Source: a virus
Taxonomy: Duplodnaviria > Caudoviricetes
IMG/VR virus record: IMGVR_UViG_3300010398_000035
Coordinates: 1 to 27,349 of that record
Direction: 5' to 3' (one strand)
DNA length: 27,349 bases
Part shown: positions 15,888 to 23,951 of the stretch, one piece after another
Layout: every line of letters starts with the position of its first letter
How positions within the stretch are numbered: position 1 is the first letter of the stretch
Notes under the pieces: model-generated
Databases searched by the model: none
Told to the model about the DNA's origin: nothing
Seen by the model: the letters and a program-made list of their open reading frames with translations, nothing else
Program-made: the position numbers and the translations under genes

Positions 15888-18429
15888 TAGTTCCTACCTG
15901 TTCATGTTGCGGGCCTGTGTTAGTGTTCAACGGTTGTATACGCCACATGCGGCCTTTGTCTTTGTCATCTACAAAGGTTATATCATAGCGTTCCTTGAGC
16001 GAATGCTGCAAGGTCCATAATTTCTTGGATAACATTACAGCATTCCTATGCAGTCGCTCGAAGGCGTTGGGATCGTCAGCGTAACCTTGTAGATCTATCC
16101 ATAATGTCCCTGGCAGTTTATACTGTTCAGGTGTGCTGTTACGTCTAACGTACTTATCAATCGCAGATACAAGTATAGCATCTTCCTCCAAGACGAACTG
16201 TTTCTGCTCTGATGATACTGCGTTGATAGCCCTTCTAAATACTTCACCCTTACCTATGGCTTGAGCAATCCAGTAACCATGATAGGCAAAATCTTCTATC
16301 CTGAACTGAGGTGCATCTCTATAGCTAGGTTTAGGTGTGCGGAGCACATACTGTACATCACGTGCTATAGCTCCCCAAATAGCATTTCTATTTTTCAGTA
16401 TGTTATTGACTAGCTCACCTTCAGGTCTGAAATGTTCCAAGCGTTCTAGCATAATGATAAGCAATCTATCGGCAACGTCCTCTCTACCAAACTTTGGTGA
16501 GTGAGCACTAATACCAATCATTGCTTTACGCTTGAATGTTTTCACATCAATATCTGTATAGAGTTTTCTCTTGGCAATATTGGATGTTGATGCTGACTGA
16601 GCTAGCCTATCAGGAAGCCAGCGCTCCCATGTATCAACATTATCTAGAACTAATAGAGGGTAGTGTGATGTGGAGAAATCGTAGTTGTCAGAACTAGTTA
16701 CACCGCTAAGCGGTTCATGAGGTCCGTACAAAAGTGCATATACGCAGCGGAATATAGTTGACTTACCTGCTCCTGGCTGACCGAACAGTGCAAGTATAGG
16801 TCTACTCGGACTGATACTTTTGAACAGAATAAATAGCAACCATACACTCAGTAGTGTTTGAGCCTCTTCTGGTGACATGTCAGTGACATTCTTTACTGAT
16901 TCACCAAACATGAGTGTAGACCAGTCAAGAGTATTATTTACACTAGAATCTAAGGCTGACACATCCAGAGAAAAGGGTTCCATGTTCAGTGACCAAGGAA
17001 ACACTACACCATTGGCACCATTATGTATTTTCTCTACCTTATCTGTTGCTATTCTGTATATATCTCTAGTACCTGAATGCAACAGAAGCGAGTTATCATT
17101 CGGGTTGTAGTAGCTTAGTGTTTCCCTACTGCCGTTGACAGGTAGATCCTCAGTACAGAAGGCGTACAAACCGTGCGCTACGTATTGTGCTTCGGAGTCA
17201 GTAGCATTCACGCCAAACTGTCTATCAAGTAATGTTGCAAGGCGCTCAGAGTGAGGGGTAATAGCAACAGGTTCTTCGTTAGCGTGTCTGATATACCAGA
17301 GATCTAACTCGCCAGAACATTTAAAAAATGAGCCAACTGCTCTGAACGTTTCTAGAATAACTTCTTGTATAGCATCCTTCTTCTCTTTGGCTGAAACCTT
17401 GCGTTTCCTTATCTCCGCAATGATATCTCTAGGGTGTAATCTGTTTAGCCTGTAATCTTCCTCGGCACGAAAAACATCCTTGGCAAGATCACGGTCCGAG
17501 TGGTAACGTTGATCTCGAAACTTATTATTTTCGCTGTCTCTAACTATCCAGTATACCTGTTCCTTAGGTAATCCTATACGAAACAGATTCATAGTCAAGG
17601 CCCATAAAGCCTTGCTTCTATCACTGGACTTAGTATTGAAGTACGATATTGTACCTAGATCGAGTTTACCTTTGATGCTATGAAATAGCTCTTGTGGACC
17701 TACATCAAGTACAGGAGGGTTCTCCATAAACTTGATATCTTCTGGTGGTCTACTAGCATCAAATATAACGTAAGGCTGTAGCTCAGGTAGTAGCTCGAAG
17801 TCAGCAGCAGTGTAGTCCTTCTTACCTATGGACCGTAGTTCTACAACATTACCTATGTCCGAGTACTTATAGTTGTTTGTCCCTGGCAACCGTACCTTAC
17901 GTCCAAGGGGCCAACCACTATGATCACATCGATCGATGTTGTATGTTATCTTGTGACTGAACCGCTCGTGAGTCTCTAGGTCTTGCTGCTGATCTTTATC
18001 GAGAATCCAATAAGCTTGATAACGGCTAGGACTTGTCTCGATAATAAAAGATGGATCAAGGGGAAGTATGTCAATGGAAGCGTTATCGAGATCAGCTTGT
18101 ATCGTCCTAGAAGGTAATACGTTATCCTTAGTGCTTGAGGGGGCTTTGAATAAGTAAGATGAAAAGTATACGTTGAAACCGTTAAGTGAAGCTTCAACGG
18201 CACGTATAACTATAGCCTCAAGTTGGTTGGGCCAAGTGTACCATTCCTCTTTCCAGCCTGTACTAGGGGAATAAATAGCTAAGCAAAACTTTCCTTCATC
18301 AGCAGTAACAACCGTTTGTAGGAAGTCACCTATACTGAGTGAGGTAGCTGTGCCTGCTTTGAATTCATTGAAGTTGTCACCTTCGTGACCATTACCATTA
18401 GTTGGCGTCGGGGTAGGTGTTGTCACCAC
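15871..18429 (-). CDS. Primase-helicase: RepB'-type archaeo-eukaryotic primase domain fused to P-loop NTPase
   Basis: 'NVYF...QADLD...IETSPSRYQAYW...VRLPGTNNYKY', 'DRS' helical domain; Walker A GQPGAGKST, Walker B LLVLDNVD. Start uncertain (GTG 18429/18426 or TTG 18456). Confidence 0.85.
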   Translation of the reverse strand: MVTTPTPTPTNGNGHEGDNFNEFKAGTATSLSIGDFLQTVVTADEGKFCLAIYSPSTGWKEEWYTWPNQLEAIVIRAVEASLNGFNVYFSSYLFKAPSSTKDNVLPSRTIQADLDNASIDILPLDPSFIIETSPSRYQAYWILDKDQQQDLETHERFSHKITYNIDRCDHSGWPLGRKVRLPGTNNYKYSDIGNVVELRSIGKKDYTAADFELLPELQPYVIFDASRPPEDIKFMENPPVLDVGPQELFHSIKGKLDLGTISYFNTKSSDRSKALWALTMNLFRIGLPKEQVYWIVRDSENNKFRDQRYHSDRDLAKDVFRAEEDYRLNRLHPRDIIAEIRKRKVSAKEKKDAIQEVILETFRAVGSFFKCSGELDLWYIRHANEEPVAITPHSERLATLLDRQFGVNATDSEAQYVAHGLYAFCTEDLPVNGSRETLSYYNPNDNSLLLHSGTRDIYRIATDKVEKIHNGANGVVFPWSLNMEPFSLDVSALDSSVNNTLDWSTLMFGESVKNVTDMSPEEAQTLLSVWLLFILFKSISPSRPILALFGQPGAGKSTIFRCVYALLYGPHEPLSGVTSSDNYDFSTSHYPLLVLDNVDTWERWLPDRLAQSASTSNIAKRKLYTDIDVKTFKRKAMIGISAHSPKFGREDVADRLLIIMLERLEHFRPEGELVNNILKNRNAIWGAIARDVQYVLRTPKPSYRDAPQFRIEDFAYHGYWIAQAIGKGEVFRRAINAVSSEQKQFVLEEDAILVSAIDKYVRRNSTPEQYKLPGTLWIDLQGYADDPNAFERLHRNAVMLSKKLWTLQHSLKERYDITFVDDKDKGRMWRIQPLNTNTGPQHEQVGTNGRAT

Positions 18430-18724
18430 AGAAAGGGTAAGTCTCCCACGTCTCAAACTCTGGAATATATCGCCTGATATTGTTCTTTAGACGTAATCTA
18501 ACAACATATATCGGCCATAATTCCTGCTTACCCAAATCGGGCCTATCTGGACTGCATAAACACTCTGTCTCACCCCAAAAACATGTCATACATGCTTGCG
18601 GAGGTGGTTGATCACCTTTCGTTCTTCGATAGTATTTATCAAGCACTTCAAACTGCCTGATCAATCCCTCTACTAAGTATGGCCTGGGAGGGATTTCTTT
18701 ATACCTGTATTCTGTGTCTGTCAT
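18398..18724 (-). CDS. Hypothetical protein with CxxC...CxC motif
   Basis: 108 aa; CMTC...CLC; overlaps primase start. Confidence 0.65.
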   Translation of the reverse strand: MTDTEYRYKEIPPRPYLVEGLIRQFEVLDKYYRRTKGDQPPPQACMTCFWGETECLCSPDRPDLGKQELWPIYVVRLRLKNNIRRYIPEFETWETYPFCGDNTYPDAN

Positions 18725-18733
18725 GTGGTGTGC

Positions 18734-18880
18734 GGGTTTCCTTATTACGGGGCCTACAATACTAAGAAACCCCTGCTAGAAGAAGCTAGGGTTAGGTCTT
18801 CTTCTAACAGGGGGCCTAGAGATGTAGTAACTTGCTTCCCTAAAACAAATTACTACTTCATTTTATGTGACGTAGAATGA
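18734..18880 (-). ncRNA. Putative structured RNA element (multiple hairpins, complementary loops) between SSB and primase genes
   Basis: Stems 18770-18785/18798-18813 (16 bp) and 18824-18834/18846-18856 (11 bp); single mismatch of each is G-U only on - strand; loops carry UUAGGG and CCCUAG. Confidence 0.5.
18764..18813 (-). terminator. Possible intrinsic terminator downstream of SSB gene
   Basis: 16-bp stem followed by TTTCTT on the - strand; loop (12 nt) is larger than typical. Confidence 0.5.
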
Positions 18881-18882
18881 GA

Positions 18883-19284
18883 CTAACGTCCGAACATGGC
18901 TCCTGCGCCAGCCTCTAGTACAGTTTTCACTCGATTGCGGTCTTTGCCTTCGTAATTCTCCGTTGTCACCACCACGCGACAAGGATTACCACGAAGCTCA
19001 GTAAGAACCACGTCGAGATCAACTTTACCAGTAAGCTCAGCAGGATCAGCACCTAACGCAATGCAAGCACCCTTGATTGCAAAAAGGGCCTGCGGTTGGA
19101 GGGAATAATCCTTCCAAAATTTGCGCTTTTGATACGGTTCCTCAGTGATTTCGTACACCACGTTTACCTTAGGCTCACCTGAGGATTTCGCGGTGTCGAA
19201 CTTGTACGATTCAAAAATGCAATCGTACGTACCGTTGGGAAGTGCTGCAAAATCTGACTCTACGCCAGTGAAATCGATTTGCAT
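18883..19284 (-). CDS. DUF669-family single-stranded DNA-binding-like protein
   Basis: 'IDFTGVESDFAALPNGTY...SSGEP...YEGKDRNRVK'; conserved position downstream of a Sak4-like ATPase; AAAAGGA upstream. Confidence 0.85.
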   Translation of the reverse strand: MQIDFTGVESDFAALPNGTYDCIFESYKFDTAKSSGEPKVNVVYEITEEPYQKRKFWKDYSLQPQALFAIKGACIALGADPAELTGKVDLDVVLTELRGNPCRVVVTTENYEGKDRNRVKTVLEAGAGAMFGR

Positions 19285-19364
19285 GATCTGTTTATGCTTT
19301 CCTTTTGTCTATTGACAGTGTGTTGTGTCGAGTATCAGTGTCGGTTTTCTGTGACTCAAACGAC

Positions 19365-19460
19365 GGGGTGTGTCCGACCCCCACAACCTCCTTTCTCTCG
19401 CTTCTCATGTGTAGATTGTAGGTTGCGCGTTGGCAGCTTGCAACCCCCAATCTGGACATG
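19365..19460 (-). promoter_or_regulatory. Structured leader upstream of SSB gene (long interrupted hairpin, orphan AAAGGAGG, GGA-loop hairpin)
   Basis: CATGT-AGATTG-GGTTGC / GCAACC-CAATCT-ACATG arms at 19406-19460; AAAGGAGG at 19387-19394; GGGGT-CGGACAC-ACCCC at 19365-19381. Confidence 0.5.
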
Positions 19461-19488
19461 CAATAAATAATGGTGTGTGATGTGTATG

Positions 19489-19947
19489 TTAGGTAGGTGG
19501 TGTAATTGTTGGTCTGTTACCAAATCCTGGCGGTAACGGAATAGGATCACCACTAGTGTCAGTAGCTTCTTTATACAGAGTACCAAACACGTCAGGTGGA
19601 ATTGGCCTAACCTCGCCAGTGAAAAATTCAATCATGTAATCGCCTGGGTTAGCTGTATAAAATCCACCTGAACCATTTGGATAGGAATGTGGATCCTTGT
19701 CCCATATTCCTATCACACCTGTTGTTTGGTCCTGAATAGGAGTTATCTCGTATGACTCAAACCCTGCATCAGTAAACCCCTGAACAATATTAGCCCAATG
19801 TTCCTCTGGAGTAATACCGATTTGTTGAGTTTGATCCTCTTCTGACGAAATGGTGTCAGTGTCAGTCACGGTTGGTATAACCTCCGGTATTACGTCGTCA
19901 ATGGTTGTTGACGCCTGAATTGATTGGAGGTCTTCCTGTAGAGTCAT
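19489..19947 (-). CDS. PGDYG-like domain protein, paralog 2
   Basis: 'ANPGDYMIEFFTGEVRPIPPDVFGTLY'; start at ATG 19947 removes overlap; acidic N-terminal and Pro-rich C-terminal extensions. Confidence 0.7.
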   Translation of the reverse strand: MTLQEDLQSIQASTTIDDVIPEVIPTVTDTDTISSEEDQTQQIGITPEEHWANIVQGFTDAGFESYEITPIQDQTTGVIGIWDKDPHSYPNGSGGFYTANPGDYMIEFFTGEVRPIPPDVFGTLYKEATDTSGDPIPLPPGFGNRPTITPPT

Positions 19948-19952
19948 GTTAT

Positions 19953-20303
19953 TTACAGTGGTTGCCCGCCGACCGCTGTCCAATGGAGTTGATAATCCAG
20001 TTGGCTCACAGGACGTACTTCTCCTGATTCTGGATCTTTCATAATGTAGTCACCGTTATGAACAATCCAAGTTCCCCCGTTAGAGTTTGGAAATTCATAC
20101 GGTAGCTCTGCAATCCAGAGTCCAATTATTACGTGGCGTACACTTGAATTAGGTTTGCAATTCCAAGCCTGGAAACCCTGTTGCTTGAATTGCATTTCAA
20201 TATTACGCCAGTGATCTTGTGGAGTAGTACCCACAGCCTGTGTTGGTGATAATAGCGGATCAGGTGGTGCTAAATACGGATCACGAAAGTATGGTGCAAC
20301 CAT
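19953..20303 (-). CDS. PGDYG-like domain protein, paralog 1
   Basis: 'VHNGDYIMKDPESGEVRPVSQLDYQLHW'; aligns with the downstream neighbour from 'PQDHW' onward. Confidence 0.7.
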   Translation of the reverse strand: MVAPYFRDPYLAPPDPLLSPTQAVGTTPQDHWRNIEMQFKQQGFQAWNCKPNSSVRHVIIGLWIAELPYEFPNSNGGTWIVHNGDYIMKDPESGEVRPVSQLDYQLHWTAVGGQPL

Positions 20304-20324
20304 AATACATGAGTACCTAATTAT

Positions 20325-20600
20325 TTACGGAGTAGCTGGCTCCGGTTCAGGTTGTGGTGGTTCAGTTGGTGGTTCTGGTGGTGCAGGCTCAGGCTCAGGC
20401 TCAGGTTCCGGATCAGGTTGTGGTGGTGTTTCTGAATAAGCACGCCAAGATTGTAGATCAGAAGCTGTGTTGAAATCGATAGGCTTCATTGGAAGTGCTT
20501 CCTGTACCCAAGTTTGAATGTGACCGTCGATTTTAGCAGCGGTCAGTGGAGTGGATATAGTTATTTTCTTACCGGTATGACGTATTTGTTTGTCGGCCAT
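20325..20600 (-). CDS. Hypothetical protein with Pro/Glu-rich C-terminal tail
   Basis: 91 aa; (PE)n tail with tandem GAGCCT; start uncertain (40-nt overlap with ATPase). Confidence 0.6.
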   Translation of the reverse strand: MADKQIRHTGKKITISTPLTAAKIDGHIQTWVQEALPMKPIDFNTASDLQSWRAYSETPPQPDPEPEPEPEPAPPEPPTEPPQPEPEPATP

Positions 20601-21430
20601 TCTCCGTCCCCTTTCAATACGGAGAGTATGTCAGGCATTGGCATGTTCTCCAAGTGGAAAGGAATTTCATACGGAATTTTCTGTGCGTTGCCGAGTAGTG
20701 AGCGGCGGAACTTGGCCTGACTTTTAGGAGATGGTGCAAAGTTTAGAATACGAGTGTAGTACGGGGGATTGTTATGTACTGAGAGGTGCCCGATGATGTC
20801 AACTTTCCCGGGTAAAGCTTTAACCACACCTGGGGTGAATGCAAGCATGGACTTAACAATGGAATTTTCATCCTTGTCTCTATCGTCCCACGCGATGAAG
20901 ATAACATTTCTACCAGTTCTACGGGTAAAGTCACGCCAATCCTCCACAAAGGATATGATTAGCTGATTAATCTTCCCGTACTCAGGTTGGCTCGGCATTT
21001 CCCTATCCTGGGTAATGTACCGTTGAGCCAACATATAGTATTCACTCAGGTTGTCAAATACCGTAGTCTGGAATGGGTAGTTACGTGGATCCTTGAAACA
21101 TTGTTGCGACCAACGAATCAACTCATCCCATTTGTAGATCTGTACAACCTTGAGTTTGTCTTCTGAATAATGAGCAATAGATTGTGTGCCACCCTCCGCG
21201 TCAAGAAACACAGTTGGAGCACCGTGTGGAGAGTCAGCGCAGCTTGCAGCCAAGGGTGTTTTTCCAACACCGGCTGCACCATACAATATCATACACATAC
21301 CAAGCTTAGTCATTGCCTGTGGAGGCAGTAACTCGAAGCCTGCGAACGTGTTGCTTGTGGTTACGTTCTCAGGTGTTAGTATTTCCTTACCGTTGAAGAG
21401 CGTAGTTGTATCAGTTGTTGTTTGAGTCAC
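20561..21430 (-). CDS. AAA_24 family Sak4-like ATPase / single-strand annealing protein
   Basis: Walker A GAAGVGKT, 'FLDAEGG', Walker B TTVFDNLSE, 'VIFIAW', 'VDIIGHL', 'AKFR'; lies between exonuclease and SSB. GTG start at 21430 preferred. Confidence 0.85.
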   Translation of the reverse strand: MTQTTTDTTTLFNGKEILTPENVTTSNTFAGFELLPPQAMTKLGMCMILYGAAGVGKTPLAASCADSPHGAPTVFLDAEGGTQSIAHYSEDKLKVVQIYKWDELIRWSQQCFKDPRNYPFQTTVFDNLSEYYMLAQRYITQDREMPSQPEYGKINQLIISFVEDWRDFTRRTGRNVIFIAWDDRDKDENSIVKSMLAFTPGVVKALPGKVDIIGHLSVHNNPPYYTRILNFAPSPKSQAKFRRSLLGNAQKIPYEIPFHLENMPMPDILSVLKGDGEWPTNKYVIPVRK

Positions 21431-21719
21431 TATGTTGTTCCAATAGCTCAAGTAAGTTTTTGTTGACAGAGCGCAAATCGTCTATGAGCATAGTGCCCAT
21501 TTTGAGGGCAGCACGGAGATTAACTATCTCGTGACTGATAACTTCATAGAATGTTTTGTTGGTGGGCCACTCTATGTCTAGTGTTTCTAGAGTGTGACGT
21601 TGAGTGGCGTGTTCTGTTGCTAGCTCATTCTTGTAGCTAGTGCGTTCAGTCATAAGTTCATCACACTGTCTGATATATTCACCACAAATACCGTTCAGCC
21701 AATCCTGACTTACAGGCAT
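21411..21719 (-). CDS. Helical/coiled-coil hypothetical protein
   Basis: 102 aa, tightly packed with neighbours. Confidence 0.65.
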   Translation of the reverse strand: MPVSQDWLNGICGEYIRQCDELMTERTSYKNELATEHATQRHTLETLDIEWPTNKTFYEVISHEIVNLRAALKMGTMLIDDLRSVNKNLLELLEQHSDSNNN

Positions 21720-21720
21720 A

Positions 21721-21921
21721 TCAATCCACTACAATAGTTTCCCGCCTATCACATTGAATGCAGTGAAGAACTACGTGTATACGTGGAGCAGCATGAGGTG
21801 TTGAGAAGGCACGCCAACCGTAGATTGAAACATTCTCAGAATAACAGTGGAGGCATTTCAATACGAAATCATCGAAAGCTGGATCGAAGTTTCTAGTCTG
21901 CGACCTGGGTTGCACGTCCAA
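21721..21921 (-). CDS. Zinc-ribbon protein
   Basis: CLHC...CIQC in 66 aa. Confidence 0.7.
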   Translation of the reverse strand: MDVQPRSQTRNFDPAFDDFVLKCLHCYSENVSIYGWRAFSTPHAAPRIHVVLHCIQCDRRETIVVD

Positions 21922-22903
21922 TTACCTTTGGGTTGTAATCTTCTCGAATGCGACGTGTGTACTCATTATGGAGTACATACTCTGTGTCTTCGTCTCTGCT
22001 GATAGCGGTGCAGAGTTTTTCTAGACCGCAATCCCAACAACCCTCCCAACGACGGTTTATGTAAGAGGCAGGGTTCAGCATCATCTCATTTGTTTCTGCT
22101 AGGAGATGTTGTTGGAATTCATCTACTTCAAATTGTGGTCGGCGCAATATTTCACGGAAGAAGAGGTCCGGTAAGGTTCTACCTTTGGGTGGTGTTTCTC
22201 TTTTCCATGCACCGTCGTATGCGACCCCTGCAACGTCACCGATACCCAATTGTTGAGTAATCCAGATGTATGCCAGAAATTGATCGTTATGTTGAAGGTC
22301 TGATAGTTTGGGTCTGTTTTCGTACGTCTTGCGTTCAAGAACGTACAGGTAGCCTTTATCATCTCTAATTAGCGAGTCCAGCGTACCTTCAAGATAGTTC
22401 TGTCCATCGCACGGAATGTTATGTGAGGTAGGACATTCCAGACACAAATGTGAGTGTGACGGTATTGTTGTAATACCTTCAGAGAATATATGCTGTGAGC
22501 CTGGAATAGGTGCAATGATAACTTGCTCGGGTGCAACTAACGTAAAGCCTTCAGGCAGTGGAGTTTTCCAGTATGACTCGTAGTTGACACACATAGCGTG
22601 ACCCATACGCATTGATGAGTATGAGTCTTCTAACTCTTCGTCAGAGGGAGGCGCACCTATTTGATCGGTGTAGTGTTGTTTGATACGATCGATTTCTTCG
22701 TTCGCATGTTGAAGAAAGTAATCTGAAAGTGTGTGGGCTTGTGGGTCTGCAATCCAGTCAGCCTGGGCCTGATGATAGACTGAACCAATTTGCAAAGCCT
22801 GACGTGGAATAATTGGTGTAAGTGCTTGATGGTTGAGTGAGGACAGGTACCACTGCCTACGACAACGTTTATAAATACTGCGCTCAGTAACGCCGAATAT
22901 CAT
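21893..22903 (-). CDS. Cas4/RecB-like PD-(D/E)XK exonuclease
   Basis: N-terminal CRRQW, 'GSVYH', 'EGTLD...VLERKT', 'QFLAY', C-terminal CWDC-x5-C; start ATG 22903. Confidence 0.88.
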   Translation of the reverse strand: MIFGVTERSIYKRCRRQWYLSSLNHQALTPIIPRQALQIGSVYHQAQADWIADPQAHTLSDYFLQHANEEIDRIKQHYTDQIGAPPSDEELEDSYSSMRMGHAMCVNYESYWKTPLPEGFTLVAPEQVIIAPIPGSQHIFSEGITTIPSHSHLCLECPTSHNIPCDGQNYLEGTLDSLIRDDKGYLYVLERKTYENRPKLSDLQHNDQFLAYIWITQQLGIGDVAGVAYDGAWKRETPPKGRTLPDLFFREILRRPQFEVDEFQQHLLAETNEMMLNPASYINRRWEGCWDCGLEKLCTAISRDEDTEYVLHNEYTRRIREDYNPKVIGRATQVAD

Positions 22904-22907
22904 GTAG

Positions 22908-23135
22908 CTATGGTAGTGGAGGGGTGGAGGGGGTGTCAATACGCAGTTTGTCTGCGTAGTTATTCAAATCATGGAGTAGTCTGTTAATTGATGGGTACTG
23001 ATTCTGGTTGACACTCCAAGCACGGAATCCAATTCGTTGGTTACTATCCTGAAATATGGATAGTAACCAATTTCCTGGACCTATACTTGATAACGAGTCT
23101 CGCCAGTCAGCGTCTGCGTCATTATCTGTTGTCAT
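22908..23135 (-). CDS. Hypothetical protein
   Basis: 75 aa filling gap in - arm. Confidence 0.6.
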   Translation of the reverse strand: MTTDNDADADWRDSLSSIGPGNWLLSIFQDSNQRIGFRAWSVNQNQYPSINRLLHDLNNYADKLRIDTPSTPPLP

Positions 23136-23158
23136 GGGATAAGGTTAGTTAGGTAGGG

Positions 23159-23563
23159 TTAGTTTACCTTGGCAAAGTAAATCCGGATAGGATTACCTTG
23201 TCGTGATTCCTCGAAGAAACCTTCCTCACGCTGAAACTCATCGTTGAGTACAGCACCCTGTATAGTAACATAAGTCATAGGTTCACTTAGACCGTATTGA
23301 CGGTAACCAAAGTCTTGGTACGCAATTGTGTTGCGGCGTACTTCAACTCTACCAACCTGTAAGGTAACGTGACCTAATGGTTCTGGTGGTATGTCTGTGC
23401 TAATCACTATTTCGTTAGGATCAGGTTGGATGTGTAAGGAACGCTCAGGCACTAACAAGTTCGCATTACTGAGAATGTAAGAACCTACCAGTGCCTTGCT
23501 AGTTACAGCTAAACCTGAACCTAGAAAGCCGCGTCGTGTACTGGTGTTTGAGTTAGGTATCAT
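23159..23563 (-). CDS. Protein with twin-arginine (Tat)-like N-terminal motif
   Basis: 'STRRGFLG' followed by a moderately hydrophobic stretch; ATGA-coupled. Confidence 0.65.
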   Translation of the reverse strand: MIPNSNTSTRRGFLGSGLAVTSKALVGSYILSNANLLVPERSLHIQPDPNEIVISTDIPPEPLGHVTLQVGRVEVRRNTIAYQDFGYRQYGLSEPMTYVTIQGAVLNDEFQREEGFFEESRQGNPIRIYFAKVN

Positions 23564-23736
23564 TCTTCATCATCAGCTAATGCAGATGAAAGGCTAGAAA
23601 CCAAATCTTTCAGTTCTTCGATATCAAGAGATTGTGAATCCAGTTGGCGTTCCAGCGATTCGATACGCTGCTCCAACTGATTCATCCACTCGGTGCTAAC
23701 CGTTACTGTTTGTGTGTTAGTGTCCGGAGTAGTCAT
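23560..23736 (-). CDS. 58-aa coiled-coil protein, not in track (MTTPDTNTQTVTVSTEWMNQLEQRIESLERQLDSQSLDIEELKDLV...)
   Basis: Fills gap after ChaB; clear heptad pattern; ATGA overlap with next gene. Confidence 0.75.
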   Translation of the reverse strand: MTTPDTNTQTVTVSTEWMNQLEQRIESLERQLDSQSLDIEELKDLVSSLSSALADDEE

Positions 23737-23741
23737 TAAAA

Positions 23742-23951
23742 TTACCCTTCAGATGTTGACTTAACCCAATTACCTTCGGCGTCTTTGTGATAGCCTGCTT
23801 TCCGAACAGCAGCCCAAGCAACCTGAAAAGCTTGTTGTTCAGAGGGATATTGTTTGTGGGCAGAATTAAACGCTGCGAGCCAAACGTGCTTCGCGTGTGA
23901 TGGCAGGGATGAGACTTGTGGAGGTAAGTCACTTACACTATTGTACGGCAT
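23742..23951 (-). CDS. chaB: ChaB family protein
   Basis: 'MPY....DLP..V..LP.HA...W..AFNSA...Y..E..AF.VAWAAV...Y.K...G.W' matches the ChaB consensus. Confidence 0.92.
   Translation of the reverse strand: MPYNSVSDLPPQVSSLPSHAKHVWLAAFNSAHKQYPSEQQAFQVAWAAVRKAGYHKDAEGNWVKSTSEG

Noticed and set aside
18861-18880. Fourth hairpin just after the SSB stop (TCATTTTAT...GTAGAATGA, from 18858)
   Set aside because: Its irregular pairs are A-C on the transcribed - strand, so it is weak there; not counted as part of the RNA structure.
20330-20428. GAGCCT/GAACC tandem repeats as origin iterons or a mini-array
   Set aside because: Explained by Pro-Glu codons of a low-complexity tail; no spacers.
20555-20600. 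-1 fusion of the Sak4-like ATPase to the Pro/Glu-tailed ORF at AGA AAA TAA
   Set aside because: No heptameric slippery site, the ATPase ends at a normal position and the downstream ORF has its own ATG with a purine-rich leader.
21893-22903. Cas4-like gene as sign of a CRISPR-Cas locus
   Set aside because: No array or other cas genes; context is the standard phage exonuclease-Sak4-SSB module.
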